From Candidatus Saccharimonadota bacterium (GTDB lineage: Bacteria > Patescibacteriota > Saccharimonadia > Saccharimonadales > Saccharimonadaceae): 32,000 bases of DNA. Position 1 is the first letter of the stretch; each line of letters starts with the position of its first letter. Below are positions 1-8,909 of the stretch, piece by piece. Both the position numbers and the translations under genes were made by a program. Location: assembly GCA_023898645.1 (NCBI GenBank), contig CP060232.1, positions 660,001-692,000 of the forward strand. The letters are read 5' to 3'. The notes under the pieces were generated by a model. The model was not told where the DNA came from, ran no database searches, and saw only the letters and a list, made by a program, of their open reading frames with translations.

Positions 1-167
1 TTGTATACCGTACCTTGGATGTGCCATATGATTCTCCAATAATTTTCTATATTATCCTACCAGGTTAAATTATTTGCAAGCATAGAACTTAAAATAATCT
101 CCCTTGCCATCCATTACTCTAGTTATATGCTTGTGTTTTAAGGCAAATAGCTTTAGCATAATAAGGT

Positions 168-2492
168 ATGACTGGTGGAAAAAACAGTCCCGTTGGGAAG
201 GGTGTCCTGTATAAGGTTAGGCATGCCGTGCGACTGAATATTTCTGCCAAAATTCTCGTCTATTTTCTTTATATCGCGCTCGTACCCCTTATCTCTGTAA
301 GCTATGTACTCGTAAACAACGCCCGAGATCAGCTACTTAACGACGCAACCGTCAAGCAGCAAGTAGTAGCCAACGACCTGTCTCGACGCGTCGATAACTA
401 CCTGGCCAACGACATCAACATGCTAGCCTTTGAAGCCAGGCTGTCTTCCACACACACGCTCGACAACGACAGGTTAGACCAAAGTCTGTCTGCGCTGTTC
501 AACCAAAACGCCAGCCTACAACAAGTATCGATCCAAACGGCAGACGGTCGTCAGCGAACATTTACTTCTCAGAGCTCAGGCTTAATAAAAGTAACAGACA
601 GTAAGGTAGACCTAGTAAGCTCCGGCGCCCTGCAATTCATGGTGGGCAAGTCATATCTTATCTCTGTTGGTCGCGACGACAATAACAACCCGCAGATTGC
701 TGTCGGTCTTCCGATTCTCAAAACATACGGCGAACCAAGCAACAGCTTGTTTGCGTCGCCCGTAGGCACTACTGATAATGTCGCCGGAGCAATCATCGGC
801 TATTTCAATGTAAGCGATCTCTGGCAATCAGTAATCTCAACTACCGTTGGAAAGGGTGGTTACGCATACGTCGTCGATGGAAGCGGTAATTTAGTTACGC
901 ATCCAGACAAGAAATTCCTTGATACTCACAAAGATTTAGCCGAGACCGAGGCGGTCCATCAGTTCATTAACGGTAACGGGCGTACTACTCAAACCGTCTC
1001 TGAAACCGGTAAAGATGTCATTAGCACACCGGGCGGAACCACGACCGGATGGGCGGTCATCGTGGAAGAACCCGTTGAAAGTATCTACTCCGGTATAGAT
1101 TCGTTCATCAAACTATCTGCCACGACCGGCGTCATAGCCACTATTCTTACGGTCCTTGTAGGCCTCTTCTTTAGTAGGCAGCTTATTCGCCCCCTAAGAG
1201 AATTGTCTCTCGGAGCCAAGCGGTTGGGGCGTGGAGACTTTGACCAAAAAATCGAGATCCACACCAAAGACGAATTACAAGAACTGGCAGAAACGTTTAA
1301 CGCTATGGGTCAGGGTATTAAAAAATTAATTGGTGACCTAAAGACAAACAACCTTAAGCTAAAAATTGAACAAATCAAGCTCAACAACATCATCAGCAGC
1401 GTGAACGATGGCATCGTGGCCGTCAACAGTGATGGAGAAATCATCTCTATCAATCCTCCTGCCGCCGCCTTTGTTAATAAAAGTCCGAAGTCGCTCGAAG
1501 GTACGCTTATGGACGAACAATTTAATTGGGAACACGACGGCAACCGATTTACACCCGACCTAAAAAATGGCGGCATCTACCGCTATTCTGATCTTGTACT
1601 CAACAACGGGGAATCTGTAGTTTACTTAGACGTAATGGTCGCCGTACTCGATCACCAGGAAAGCGACGTTGCAGCCATCATAACCATCCACGACCAAACG
1701 GCAAGCCGCGAACTCAGCTTCATGAAATTAGACTTCGTCGCCATTGCTGCGCACGAATTGCGAACGCCACTGACCGTCATCAGAGGATACCTTGATCTAC
1801 TTAATACCACGGCAGTTAACGAACTAACTATTTATAATCTCGAAAACCTTCACAAAGCTATGGATGGCGCCGACCAACTACGCCAACTAATTAACAAACT
1901 ACTAAATATCGCTCGTATCGAACGTGGTGATATGGAAATATTTATTGAGAAACTAAACCTGACAAAACTTGTGAAAGAAAACGTAGAACAGCATAAATCG
2001 GTCGCAGCCCAGAAGGAACAATCATTAACTTACAATTGCGATACTCAGCGCTCTGTTTACGTGCCTGCCGATACTGCATCTATAGTGGAAGTAGTAAACA
2101 ACCTCATAGGTAACGCGCTCAAATATTCAGGCAAGGGCGGCAAGGTAGACGTTAACCTGACGATACACGACAAAGAAGTGCGCGTTGAAGTCTCAGACAA
2201 CGGACCAGGCGTGCCAGAAGAACTTCGCGATAGGCTATTTACGAAGTTTTATCGTGCCGAACGTAGCCTTATCACCGGCACGCGCGGCACTGGGCTAGGG
2301 CTTTTCATATCTAAGACAATCATCGAGTTACAGCATGGTACGATCGGCATAGAGCCAGACGAAGGTAAGGGCTCAATATTTTACTTCACTCTCCCAATTT
2401 ACGACCCCGTCAGAGATGACGACATGATAGCTAAGAAAACATCAGGAGGCATACGTGGCTGGTTTAAAAAACGTCCTAGTAGTCGAGGATGA
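168..2492 (+). CDS. Sensor histidine kinase (TM - periplasmic Cache-like domain - TM - HAMP - PAS - HisKA - HATPase_c)
   Basis: 774-aa ORF. It has two hydrophobic segments flanking a ~270-aa extracytoplasmic region with a Cache-like YAYVVDGSGNLVTHPD stretch. H-box is AAHELRTPLT, N-box NLIGNALKYS, G-boxes DNGPGV and GTGLGL. A CATAAT hexamer at 157-162 lies 5 nt before the ATG. Confidence 0.9.
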   Translation: MTGGKNSPVGKGVLYKVRHAVRLNISAKILVYFLYIALVPLISVSYVLVNNARDQLLNDATVKQQVVANDLSRRVDNYLANDINMLAFEARLSSTHTLDNDRLDQSLSALFNQNASLQQVSIQTADGRQRTFTSQSSGLIKVTDSKVDLVSSGALQFMVGKSYLISVGRDDNNNPQIAVGLPILKTYGEPSNSLFASPVGTTDNVAGAIIGYFNVSDLWQSVISTTVGKGGYAYVVDGSGNLVTHPDKKFLDTHKDLAETEAVHQFINGNGRTTQTVSETGKDVISTPGGTTTGWAVIVEEPVESIYSGIDSFIKLSATTGVIATILTVLVGLFFSRQLIRPLRELSLGAKRLGRGDFDQKIEIHTKDELQELAETFNAMGQGIKKLIGDLKTNNLKLKIEQIKLNNIISSVNDGIVAVNSDGEIISINPPAAAFVNKSPKSLEGTLMDEQFNWEHDGNRFTPDLKNGGIYRYSDLVLNNGESVVYLDVMVAVLDHQESDVAAIITIHDQTASRELSFMKLDFVAIAAHELRTPLTVIRGYLDLLNTTAVNELTIYNLENLHKAMDGADQLRQLINKLLNIARIERGDMEIFIEKLNLTKLVKENVEQHKSVAAQKEQSLTYNCDTQRSVYVPADTASIVEVVNNLIGNALKYSGKGGKVDVNLTIHDKEVRVEVSDNGPGVPEELRDRLFTKFYRAERSLITGTRGTGLGLFISKTIIELQHGTIGIEPDEGKGSIFYFTLPIYDPVRDDDMIAKKTSGGIRGWFKKRPSSRG

Positions 2493-2844
2493 CGCGTCAA
2501 TCCGAGACCTTTACAGAATGGCCCTCGCCAACAACGAATACGTCGTTGAAGTGGCAGACAGCGCCGATGAGTTTTATGCAAAACTCGAAAATTTTCACCC
2601 CGATTATATATTTTTGGACGTCATGCTACCGGGTACATCCGGGCTAGAAGTACTCAAAGAATTACGCACTAACCCGGCTTATGGATGTATGGACACGAAG
2701 ATCGTCGTGCTGACAAACCTAGCCCAACGAAGCGTCGCCGACAACGCCATGGATAACGGAGCCGATGGATTCATCATCAAAGCAGACGTCTTACCCAAAG
2801 ACTTGCCGAAAGTGATTGAATCGCTGGATGAAGATGATGAGTAA
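2455..2844 (+). CDS. Stand-alone receiver (CheY-like) response regulator with no output domain
   Basis: 129 aa. It has the VLVVEDD acidic pocket, the phospho-acceptor context IFLDVMLPG, and a conserved T/K region (VLTNL...IIKA). GTG start at 2455 follows AGGAGG (2444-2449) by 5 nt. It overlaps the kinase 3' end by 38 nt. Confidence 0.9.
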   Translation: MAGLKNVLVVEDDASIRDLYRMALANNEYVVEVADSADEFYAKLENFHPDYIFLDVMLPGTSGLEVLKELRTNPAYGCMDTKIVVLTNLAQRSVADNAMDNGADGFIIKADVLPKDLPKVIESLDEDDE

Positions 2845-2881
2845 TTAATAGAATGAGTAGAAGGATTTAAAGAGAGAAGAC

Positions 2882-4582
2882 ATGCGGAGTAGAATAATAT
2901 TCTTCAGCATTTTGGCAGTCAGCCTATTAGGGCTCTTCGTGCCAAGTGCTCCAGTTTCCGCAACTACCGTATCTGTCACAGCCACTTGTACAGTAAAGGT
3001 AACCTTTACCGCGACTGTACCAAGTAGTGTCGAACACGGCAAATACTTTACGGTAAGTAACATTACCGTCAGTCCAAAAAATAGCTACGGCTTAACCGTG
3101 ACGTCATCTGTTTTCAACATGTCAGCCACCAATACTTCTTCAAGTTCCTATAGCCAAAACTTTCTCTACACGTCGCCAAGTCCTACAACGGGTCACAGCA
3201 CTTACACGGCATATTACCCAAACTGGTCAATCAACGCCACTGGTGCCGTAGGCAGCTCGGTTGTTATCAAACTCGTAAGAACCGTTACGACCATACCCGG
3301 TTACGGCGGTAGTCCAGTCACATGTAATTTTACGCAAACGCTCGCCACAGTACCAATCGTAGCCCCCGCACCGACACCAACGCCGACGCCGACGCCCGCA
3401 CCGACACCAACGCCGACGCCGAATCCAACCCAAAACCCAACTCCGAATCCAACCCAGAATCCAACTCCGAATCCAACCCAGAATCCAACTCCAACTCCAA
3501 CCCCAACATCATCCTCGTCACCATCACCATCAACAGGAAGCGGCACCTCATCGGGCTCCTCTTCCGGGTCCTCATCAAGCTCATCCTCTGGCACAACTTC
3601 CAGTTCCGGATCATCCAAAACGACTACTAGTAGCAAAGGCACTTCCGGAAGTACGTCAAAGTCGAAAAACACTTCAGCGTCAAGCCAGCAAATCGATCAA
3701 AATGCAACCGTTGTACCACTAAACATCGAGATAAAAGATAGTTCCGGCAATTTAGTAAACGGCGCAGAAGTAACACTAGATGGATCACAAAAAATTACGA
3801 CCGATTCCAAGGGATTAGGAACGTTTTCTAATGTGCTGACAGGTAGTCACGTGTTACTTGTTTCATACAACGGCCAAACAACAAGCCATGATGTAACCCT
3901 AGGCGTAGATCATATCGGCGAGGTCGTAGCAGTTAAGCTTCCGGCAGTAAAACGACCACTCAATCTAGTAGCCGTTACCGTCGCCGTTGTTTCTGCCATC
4001 ATACTAATAACCGGCGGTACAATATTCATACTGAGACTTAAGCGTATGGCTAATGGCACACTAATCGTTGCTCCATCTACAGCCATACATGGCGTCATTG
4101 CTGGCTCAGTAGGCCAGAGCCCTGTAGGGCATACACTCAGGCCCGTACCTGCAATCTCAGTCTTCACACCACAACCAGTACCTGTTAACCCAGCCCCATG
4201 GGAACTGCCAAGGGCTTTAGCTGAGTCGCTCAATCAAGCCCAACCGACAACTCCCGTGCAGACCTCTACGGTTCCTCAGCCAGTTCAACAGGCTCAGCCG
4301 ACTCCAACAACGACAATACCGCAGCCAGCTCAGCCGACTCCAGCAACGACAATACCGCAGACAGCTCCAACAGTTCAACCGACTCAACCAACAACCGCAA
4401 CGGTGACGCCCAAGCCAAGTCTACCGGTTCAACCGGCTCAACCATTAAATACCGTCGTGACGCCCCTCCAAAGCAATCCCTCACCTGCAGCCAATCAGCC
4501 GCAAGTAAGTTCACAACAACCGCTGCAAGCACCTCCTGAAGTCACGCATACTGACAACGAACCTCAAAATGTAGTGATTTAG
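2882..4582 (+). CDS. Secreted, membrane-anchored surface protein with Pro/Thr and Ser-rich linkers, a CarboxypepD_reg-like beta-sandwich segment, one TM helix and a P/Q/T-rich C-terminal tail
   Basis: 566-aa ORF. Signal peptide is MRSRIIFFSILAVSLLGLFVPSAPVSA. It contains (PT)n and NPTQNPTP repeats and a long Ser/Gly/Thr tract. The segment VPLNIEIKDSSGNLVNGAEVTLDGSQKITTDSKGLGTFSNVLTGSHVLLVSYNG resembles carboxypeptidase-regulatory-like domains. TM helix is LVAVTVAVVSAIILITGGTIFIL. Confidence 0.75.
   Translation: MRSRIIFFSILAVSLLGLFVPSAPVSATTVSVTATCTVKVTFTATVPSSVEHGKYFTVSNITVSPKNSYGLTVTSSVFNMSATNTSSSSYSQNFLYTSPSPTTGHSTYTAYYPNWSINATGAVGSSVVIKLVRTVTTIPGYGGSPVTCNFTQTLATVPIVAPAPTPTPTPTPAPTPTPTPNPTQNPTPNPTQNPTPNPTQNPTPTPTPTSSSSPSPSTGSGTSSGSSSGSSSSSSSGTTSSSGSSKTTTSSKGTSGSTSKSKNTSASSQQIDQNATVVPLNIEIKDSSGNLVNGAEVTLDGSQKITTDSKGLGTFSNVLTGSHVLLVSYNGQTTSHDVTLGVDHIGEVVAVKLPAVKRPLNLVAVTVAVVSAIILITGGTIFILRLKRMANGTLIVAPSTAIHGVIAGSVGQSPVGHTLRPVPAISVFTPQPVPVNPAPWELPRALAESLNQAQPTTPVQTSTVPQPVQQAQPTPTTTIPQPAQPTPATTIPQTAPTVQPTQPTTATVTPKPSLPVQPAQPLNTVVTPLQSNPSPAANQPQVSSQQPLQAPPEVTHTDNEPQNVVI
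3368..3493 (+). repeat. In-frame tandem DNA repeats inside the surface-protein gene (about 2 x 30 bp, then 3 x 24 bp)
   Basis: gcaccgacaccaacgccgacgccg occurs twice with a 30-bp period. This is followed by three 24-bp units aatccaaccca[a/g]aa[c/t]ccaactcc[g/a], which encode NPTQNPTP. Confidence 0.85.
4292..4363 (+). repeat. 2 x 36-bp in-frame tandem repeat in the C-terminal tail of the surface protein
   Basis: gctcagccgactcca[a/g]caacgacaataccgcag[c/a]ca is repeated back to back. It encodes AQPTPTTTIPQP / AQPTPATTIPQT. Confidence 0.85.
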
Positions 4583-4652
4583 GAACTATAAATTGTTGGG
4601 CGCACTAAATAAAAGCAGAGCATAGACTCTATCTTTGTATATAAAATAAACA

Positions 4653-4673
4653 GCACCGTCGTTATGACGGTGC
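4653..4673. terminator. Hairpin terminator between convergent genes, mainly serving the minus-strand helicase
   Basis: 8-bp stem GCACCGTC / GACGGTGC with loop gttat. On the minus strand it is followed by tgtttatttta. On the plus strand only ggttt follows. Confidence 0.6.
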
Positions 4674-4698
4674 GGTTTACTATAACCATAAGATTATA

Positions 4699-5892
4699 TT
4701 ATTTTAGGATGAACGTCAGTGCTTTACCAGATTTACCAGCACGACCAGTTCGGCCTATGCGGTGCACATAATCGTCATACACTTTCGGTGGATCAAAGTT
4801 GATCACGTGCGAGACTCCCTGGATATCGATGCCGCGCGCAGCAACGTCAGTAGCAACAAGTACGTTTACTTCGTTGTTCTTAAAACTCCTCAAGGCTCGC
4901 TCACGTTGCGACTGAGACTTATTGCCATGAATCGCTACGGCCGGAAGATCACTGTTCGTCAAATTATCAGCAAGTCGCTGAACTCCGTATTTAGTCTCGC
5001 CAAACACGATAACTTTTTCAAACTCAGGCTGTTGCAAAAGTTCAGTCAAAAGCTCAATCTTGTGAGCCTTGTCGCGGGCATGCACGACATCTTGCTCAAT
5101 GTGATCGTTACTCTGGCCCTTAACAACAGACACTGTTACTGGACTACGCATGAACTCTTCAACGATCATTTTAACGTCTTTGGTCATGGTCGCACTGTAA
5201 CAGAATGTTTGACGGTCCTTTGAAAGTTCCTCTTCGATAGTTCGAATATCTTTCACAAAGCCCATGTCGCACATACGGTCAGCTTCGTCGAGTACAAATG
5301 TTGTCACGTTTTGCAGGCGCAAAACACGGCGATCGATTAGATCTTTAATACGACCTGGTGTACCGATGATAAGATGCGGCCCACGTTTAACCTGCTGAAT
5401 TTGCCTGCTAATGTTCGCCCCGCCCACTACTAGAGTAGAGAATAGTCGTTGACCAGCTGAAAAACGGCGGAACTCTTGGTCGATCTGCTGAGCCAACTCA
5501 CGCGTAGGCGCAAGTATAAGCACGCTTACAAGGCTAGGATCAGTCGACAATTTTTCGATGATTGGCAACAAGAATGCAGCCGTCTTACCCGTACCAGTAT
5601 TCGCAAGACCAATGATGTCCTGGCCGTTTAGGGCAGGCGGAATACACTGATCCTGAATAGGGGAAGGGTTAACAAAACCAAGATGCTCAAGAGTTGCAGT
5701 AGTGCGTGAGTTTAAACCGAAATCGGTAAACTTATGCGTTGGCACATACGGCACCTCTTCTGCAATTTCAACTGCCTTGTTAATGTAACGACTATAGGGG
5801 ATAGCCGATGTTTTAGATTGATATGAATTACGACGCTTATGCGGCGCAAAATTACTGCGGCGATTGCCGCTAAACCGGGAATTATAGTGCAT
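4699..5892 (-). CDS. DEAD-box ATP-dependent RNA helicase
   Basis: 397 aa with a complete motif set: Q motif (F...PSPIQ), I ANTGTGKTAAF, Ia PTRELA, Ib TPGR, II DEAD, III SAT, V ARGID, VI HRIGRTGRAG. AAAGG RBS lies 5 nt upstream of the ATG. Confidence 0.92.
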   Translation of the reverse strand: MHYNSRFSGNRRSNFAPHKRRNSYQSKTSAIPYSRYINKAVEIAEEVPYVPTHKFTDFGLNSRTTATLEHLGFVNPSPIQDQCIPPALNGQDIIGLANTGTGKTAAFLLPIIEKLSTDPSLVSVLILAPTRELAQQIDQEFRRFSAGQRLFSTLVVGGANISRQIQQVKRGPHLIIGTPGRIKDLIDRRVLRLQNVTTFVLDEADRMCDMGFVKDIRTIEEELSKDRQTFCYSATMTKDVKMIVEEFMRSPVTVSVVKGQSNDHIEQDVVHARDKAHKIELLTELLQQPEFEKVIVFGETKYGVQRLADNLTNSDLPAVAIHGNKSQSQRERALRSFKNNEVNVLVATDVAARGIDIQGVSHVINFDPPKVYDDYVHRIGRTGRAGKSGKALTFILK

Positions 5893-6108
5893 TAGATACC
5901 TTTCTTGTACGTTTATGCATGATGAACGACAAGATTATCTAGTAATGCAAGTATTCACCCAGTAGAGATTGTTCAACTACTATAGACATAGTTTAACATA
6001 AGTTTATTTGTTTTACAAGCCTAATGACTAGCTTTCTGCAATCCATCCGGCACGCCTCGCTCGTGCGTGTTATACTCCGTGCAGTCAACATAACCAGAAA
6101 GAGACACT

Positions 6109-6267
6109 GTGAATAATATCTGGACAGTAATACTTTTAGTCGTAGTCTGTGTTGTTGTCAGCTACTTCCTGAGCCAAATCTATGTACCGCTAGGATTATT
6201 AGGTTACGTCGGCGCACTTGGACTTATAGGCACATACCTTTTCAAAAGAAACCGACGCATACAATAG
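6109..6267 (+). CDS. Small (52 aa) two-helix membrane protein, hypothetical
   Basis: GTG-initiated ORF below the track cutoff: VNNIWTVILLVVVCVVVSYFLSQIYVPLGLLGYVGALGLIGTYLFKRNRRIQ. It is strongly hydrophobic with a basic C-terminus. A 10-bp-stem terminator follows at 6341-6374. No clear RBS. Confidence 0.4.
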   Translation: MNNIWTVILLVVVCVVVSYFLSQIYVPLGLLGYVGALGLIGTYLFKRNRRIQ

Positions 6268-6340
6268 ACTGCAAAGTTCATAGACGCGAACAGCTAGCTA
6301 CACTTCTCGGAAACCCATCAAAAGCGTAAACCTTATTCTT

Positions 6341-6374
6341 CTTATATGGCGCCAATCAGTGCCATATAAGTTTT
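6341..6374 (+). terminator. Rho-independent terminator
   Basis: Stem cttatatggc / gccatataag (10 bp), loop gccaatcagt, followed by tttt. Confidence 0.7.
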
Positions 6375-6458
6375 AATTAATATTTTTTATTTTTAGTAAA
6401 CTTTGTTATATTGTATACACAATAAATGTGAGTGGGCTCTAGTTTAAGGAGGGAATAC

Positions 6459-6899
6459 GTGTTAGTCATCAAAAAACGTTTAGCGCGTCGGAAGCTTATA
6501 TTATTTGGAGGAATCGCATCCCTTGCGATCATTGCTACCGCCGACACAACCATGCACTTGCAAGCCGCCGACTCATACATTCGACCGCATAGCTCACCAT
6601 CGCCAGTAAAAATCGAAAACACCAGACCGGTAACACAAAGTGTCGACACTAAACAGAGCAAGAAGCCTCAGGAATCAACTGCTCCCGCTACAAACGATAG
6701 CTCCGCTACACAGGTGAGCACCGCGCCAGCCGCACCTATCATCTCTGCACCCGCAAGTAGCACGACGCCCGCACCAGCACCAACCCCCGCATCGACCCCG
6801 ACGCCAACTCCAGTTTCGACTCCTTCACCATCGCCGACCGTTAATCCTACTTCTACACCGACATCTTATCCATCAACAGACCCAACGTATACGCCTTAG
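6459..6899 (+). CDS. N-terminally anchored or secreted Pro/Thr/Ser/Ala-rich protein, hypothetical
   Basis: I moved the start to GTG 6459, which lies 6 nt after AAGGAGG (6446-6452). The track start at 6432 would place that RBS inside the ORF. The protein has a basic N-terminus plus a hydrophobic helix LILFGGIASLAIIATA, then a low-complexity PT-rich tail. Confidence 0.65.
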   Translation: MLVIKKRLARRKLILFGGIASLAIIATADTTMHLQAADSYIRPHSSPSPVKIENTRPVTQSVDTKQSKKPQESTAPATNDSSATQVSTAPAAPIISAPASSTTPAPAPTPASTPTPTPVSTPSPSPTVNPTSTPTSYPSTDPTYTP

Positions 6900-6970
6900 T
6901 TGTCGAGTTCCAAACTGGCTCGTAAAAGTATAGACAGCCAGCGGTCAATCGTGTATAAGCATAAGTAGTT

Positions 6971-8311
6971 ATGTTAGATAAAATTCACGCAGCGCGAGTT
7001 TTAATGGGCGACAGTCTCGGCTTTCATATTATATTCGTACTGTTCGGATTAACTTTACCCATACTTGTTGTGTGGTTTGAGTGGATGAGTATTCGTCGCA
7101 AAGACACTCATCTAAAAAAGGTAGCCCATTTTTGGTCAAAAATCATGGCGCTTCTTGTCATTACCGGCGTTCTGTCAGGCACAGTTATCGCATTACAAAT
7201 GTCGTTAGTCTGGCCCGGCATCCTCAAATTCGGCGGGGAAGTAATCGGGCTGCCGTTCATGTTCGAGACATACGCTTTTATGATTGAAGCAGTGTTCCTA
7301 GGGCTCTACATGTTTACATGGGACAACAAAAAAGTGCCAGAGATGCTACATTGGTTTTTCGGAATCATGGTCGTCATAGGCAGCACCCTGAGCGCATACG
7401 CAATCACCAGCATTAACGGCTGGATGAACCTACCAACAGGCTTCGACATCGTTAATGGTAAGTTCCAAAATATCGACGTACTTGGCGCAATGTTTTCACA
7501 ATCAGCACTCGTGACATTCTTTCATTCGATGCCCGGATACTACGTTGCTGCGGGGCTATTCATAACCGGGCTATACGCATTTCGACTGTTCCGAGCTCGC
7601 TCATCGCAACTCAACACGGCAAAGTATAAACTTGACTACGCTATAGTGCAGAAACTGATGATATTTGTACTCATAGCATTTACCGGTTCTGCTATTACTG
7701 CGGATCTGACGGGTAAATATCTGGCAGCTCACGAACCAGTAAAGCTTGCCGCAATCGAGCTTGATTACAAAACTGGCACAAATGCACCACTAATCGTTGG
7801 CGGCGTCCCAGACGGCAAGGGCGATATCGCTGGACCGCATTTCATCATCCCCAACGCCCTGAGCATACTAGCCTGCAACTCACCAGACTGCACGGTGCAA
7901 GGCCTAGACAAAACCGAAGAGAAACTACAGCCACCGTTATTTGTCCATACATTCTTCGACATTAAAATGACTCTCATCACTATACTAGTCATCGTCATTC
8001 CACTCTATTTCGTCATCCGACGCTGGCGACCCGAGCTGTTAAAAAACAAACTGCTATTGTTAGGCTTTGTCGTAGTTAGCTGGTTCGGACTAGCAATCGT
8101 GGAACTTGGATGGATGATGACAGAAATTGGTCGCCAGCCGTGGGCTGTTCGCGGTTACGTCACGACAGCCGAAGCATTTACTAAAACGCACGACATAACG
8201 ACGTTCGGCTACTTATTCCCACTGGCGTACGCAGTATTGTTTACTGTCACCATAGCGGGAATTATAAAAATCGTACATGCAGAAAAGGCAAATAAGAAAG
8301 GGGTGCTGTAA
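6971..8311 (+). CDS. cydA: Cytochrome bd-type quinol oxidase subunit I (short Q-loop form)
   Basis: 446 aa and polytopic. His19 (GFHIIF), Glu99 (MFETYAF) and His185 (FFHSMPGY) sit at the positions of the E. coli CydA heme ligands and residues H19/E99/H186. The signature EIGRQPWAVRGY is present. Confidence 0.9.
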   Translation: MLDKIHAARVLMGDSLGFHIIFVLFGLTLPILVVWFEWMSIRRKDTHLKKVAHFWSKIMALLVITGVLSGTVIALQMSLVWPGILKFGGEVIGLPFMFETYAFMIEAVFLGLYMFTWDNKKVPEMLHWFFGIMVVIGSTLSAYAITSINGWMNLPTGFDIVNGKFQNIDVLGAMFSQSALVTFFHSMPGYYVAAGLFITGLYAFRLFRARSSQLNTAKYKLDYAIVQKLMIFVLIAFTGSAITADLTGKYLAAHEPVKLAAIELDYKTGTNAPLIVGGVPDGKGDIAGPHFIIPNALSILACNSPDCTVQGLDKTEEKLQPPLFVHTFFDIKMTLITILVIVIPLYFVIRRWRPELLKNKLLLLGFVVVSWFGLAIVELGWMMTEIGRQPWAVRGYVTTAEAFTKTHDITTFGYLFPLAYAVLFTVTIAGIIKIVHAEKANKKGVL

Positions 8312-8830
8312 ATGTTGTGGGCATACGTATTAATATATGCGCCGATTATTCTGTTTGTCGTCGCGTTTCTGTATGAAACATGGCTTAGCTTTGTGCGATT
8401 AAAATCTCCCAAAAAAGGACGCACCCACTACGTAGATGCCACCTGGGAAGTTACTCATACGTTACTCATCTTTGGAGTCGTGATGTTACTGATGCTTTTT
8501 ACCAAAAGTATCGATCGTATTTCCGACCTGATTTTTATCCCAACGTTCCTTGCCGCAAGCGCACTTGCCGTCAGGGCGGCTCTCTATATTTATATATTCT
8601 ACGTCAGAACTTCTAGCAAAATCTCGTGGGTTGACTGGCTGTTTGCGCTAAGTCACGTCGTGTCCGCACTACTACTCGTTGTTGTTGTACTGCAGGCAAG
8701 TTGGTTCCTACTAACACAGCATCCGGAAGCGAATCTACAGTTTATACCAGCATTCCTGCCTGGCTTGGCACTGGTGCTAGCAATTTGCGCACTGCCCATA
8801 TATAGTCTGTATTTCTCAAGGCGCACGTAG
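8312..8830 (+). CDS. 172-aa five-helix membrane protein translationally coupled to cydA; possible truncated CydB-like subunit
   Basis: Its ATG immediately follows the cydA TAA (ctgTAAATGttg). It has five predicted TM helices. ATWEVTHTLLIF resembles the CydB motif around P-x-W-[DE]-x-N-[QH]-V-W-L-I. It is only about half the length of canonical CydB. Confidence 0.6.
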   Translation: MLWAYVLIYAPIILFVVAFLYETWLSFVRLKSPKKGRTHYVDATWEVTHTLLIFGVVMLLMLFTKSIDRISDLIFIPTFLAASALAVRAALYIYIFYVRTSSKISWVDWLFALSHVVSALLLVVVVLQASWFLLTQHPEANLQFIPAFLPGLALVLAICALPIYSLYFSRRT

Positions 8831-8909
8831 TATCAGAAGCTTTACTAAGCCATTGATTTATTTTTAATCAAGGGATAAGATACTCAGTAAGTAAAACGGG
8901 AGATCGTTC

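Noticed and set aside
3227-3672. Three minus-strand ORFs (68-123 aa) with repetitive GVG/ELD/RRRW sequences
   Set aside because: They are mirror-image reading frames of the PT/Ser repeat DNA of the surface-protein gene. They are open only because the sequence is low-complexity.
4762-5223. 153-aa plus-strand ORF inside the helicase locus
   Set aside because: It is entirely antisense to the DEAD-box helicase gene, which has a full motif set. It has no RBS, and its composition looks like a shadow frame.
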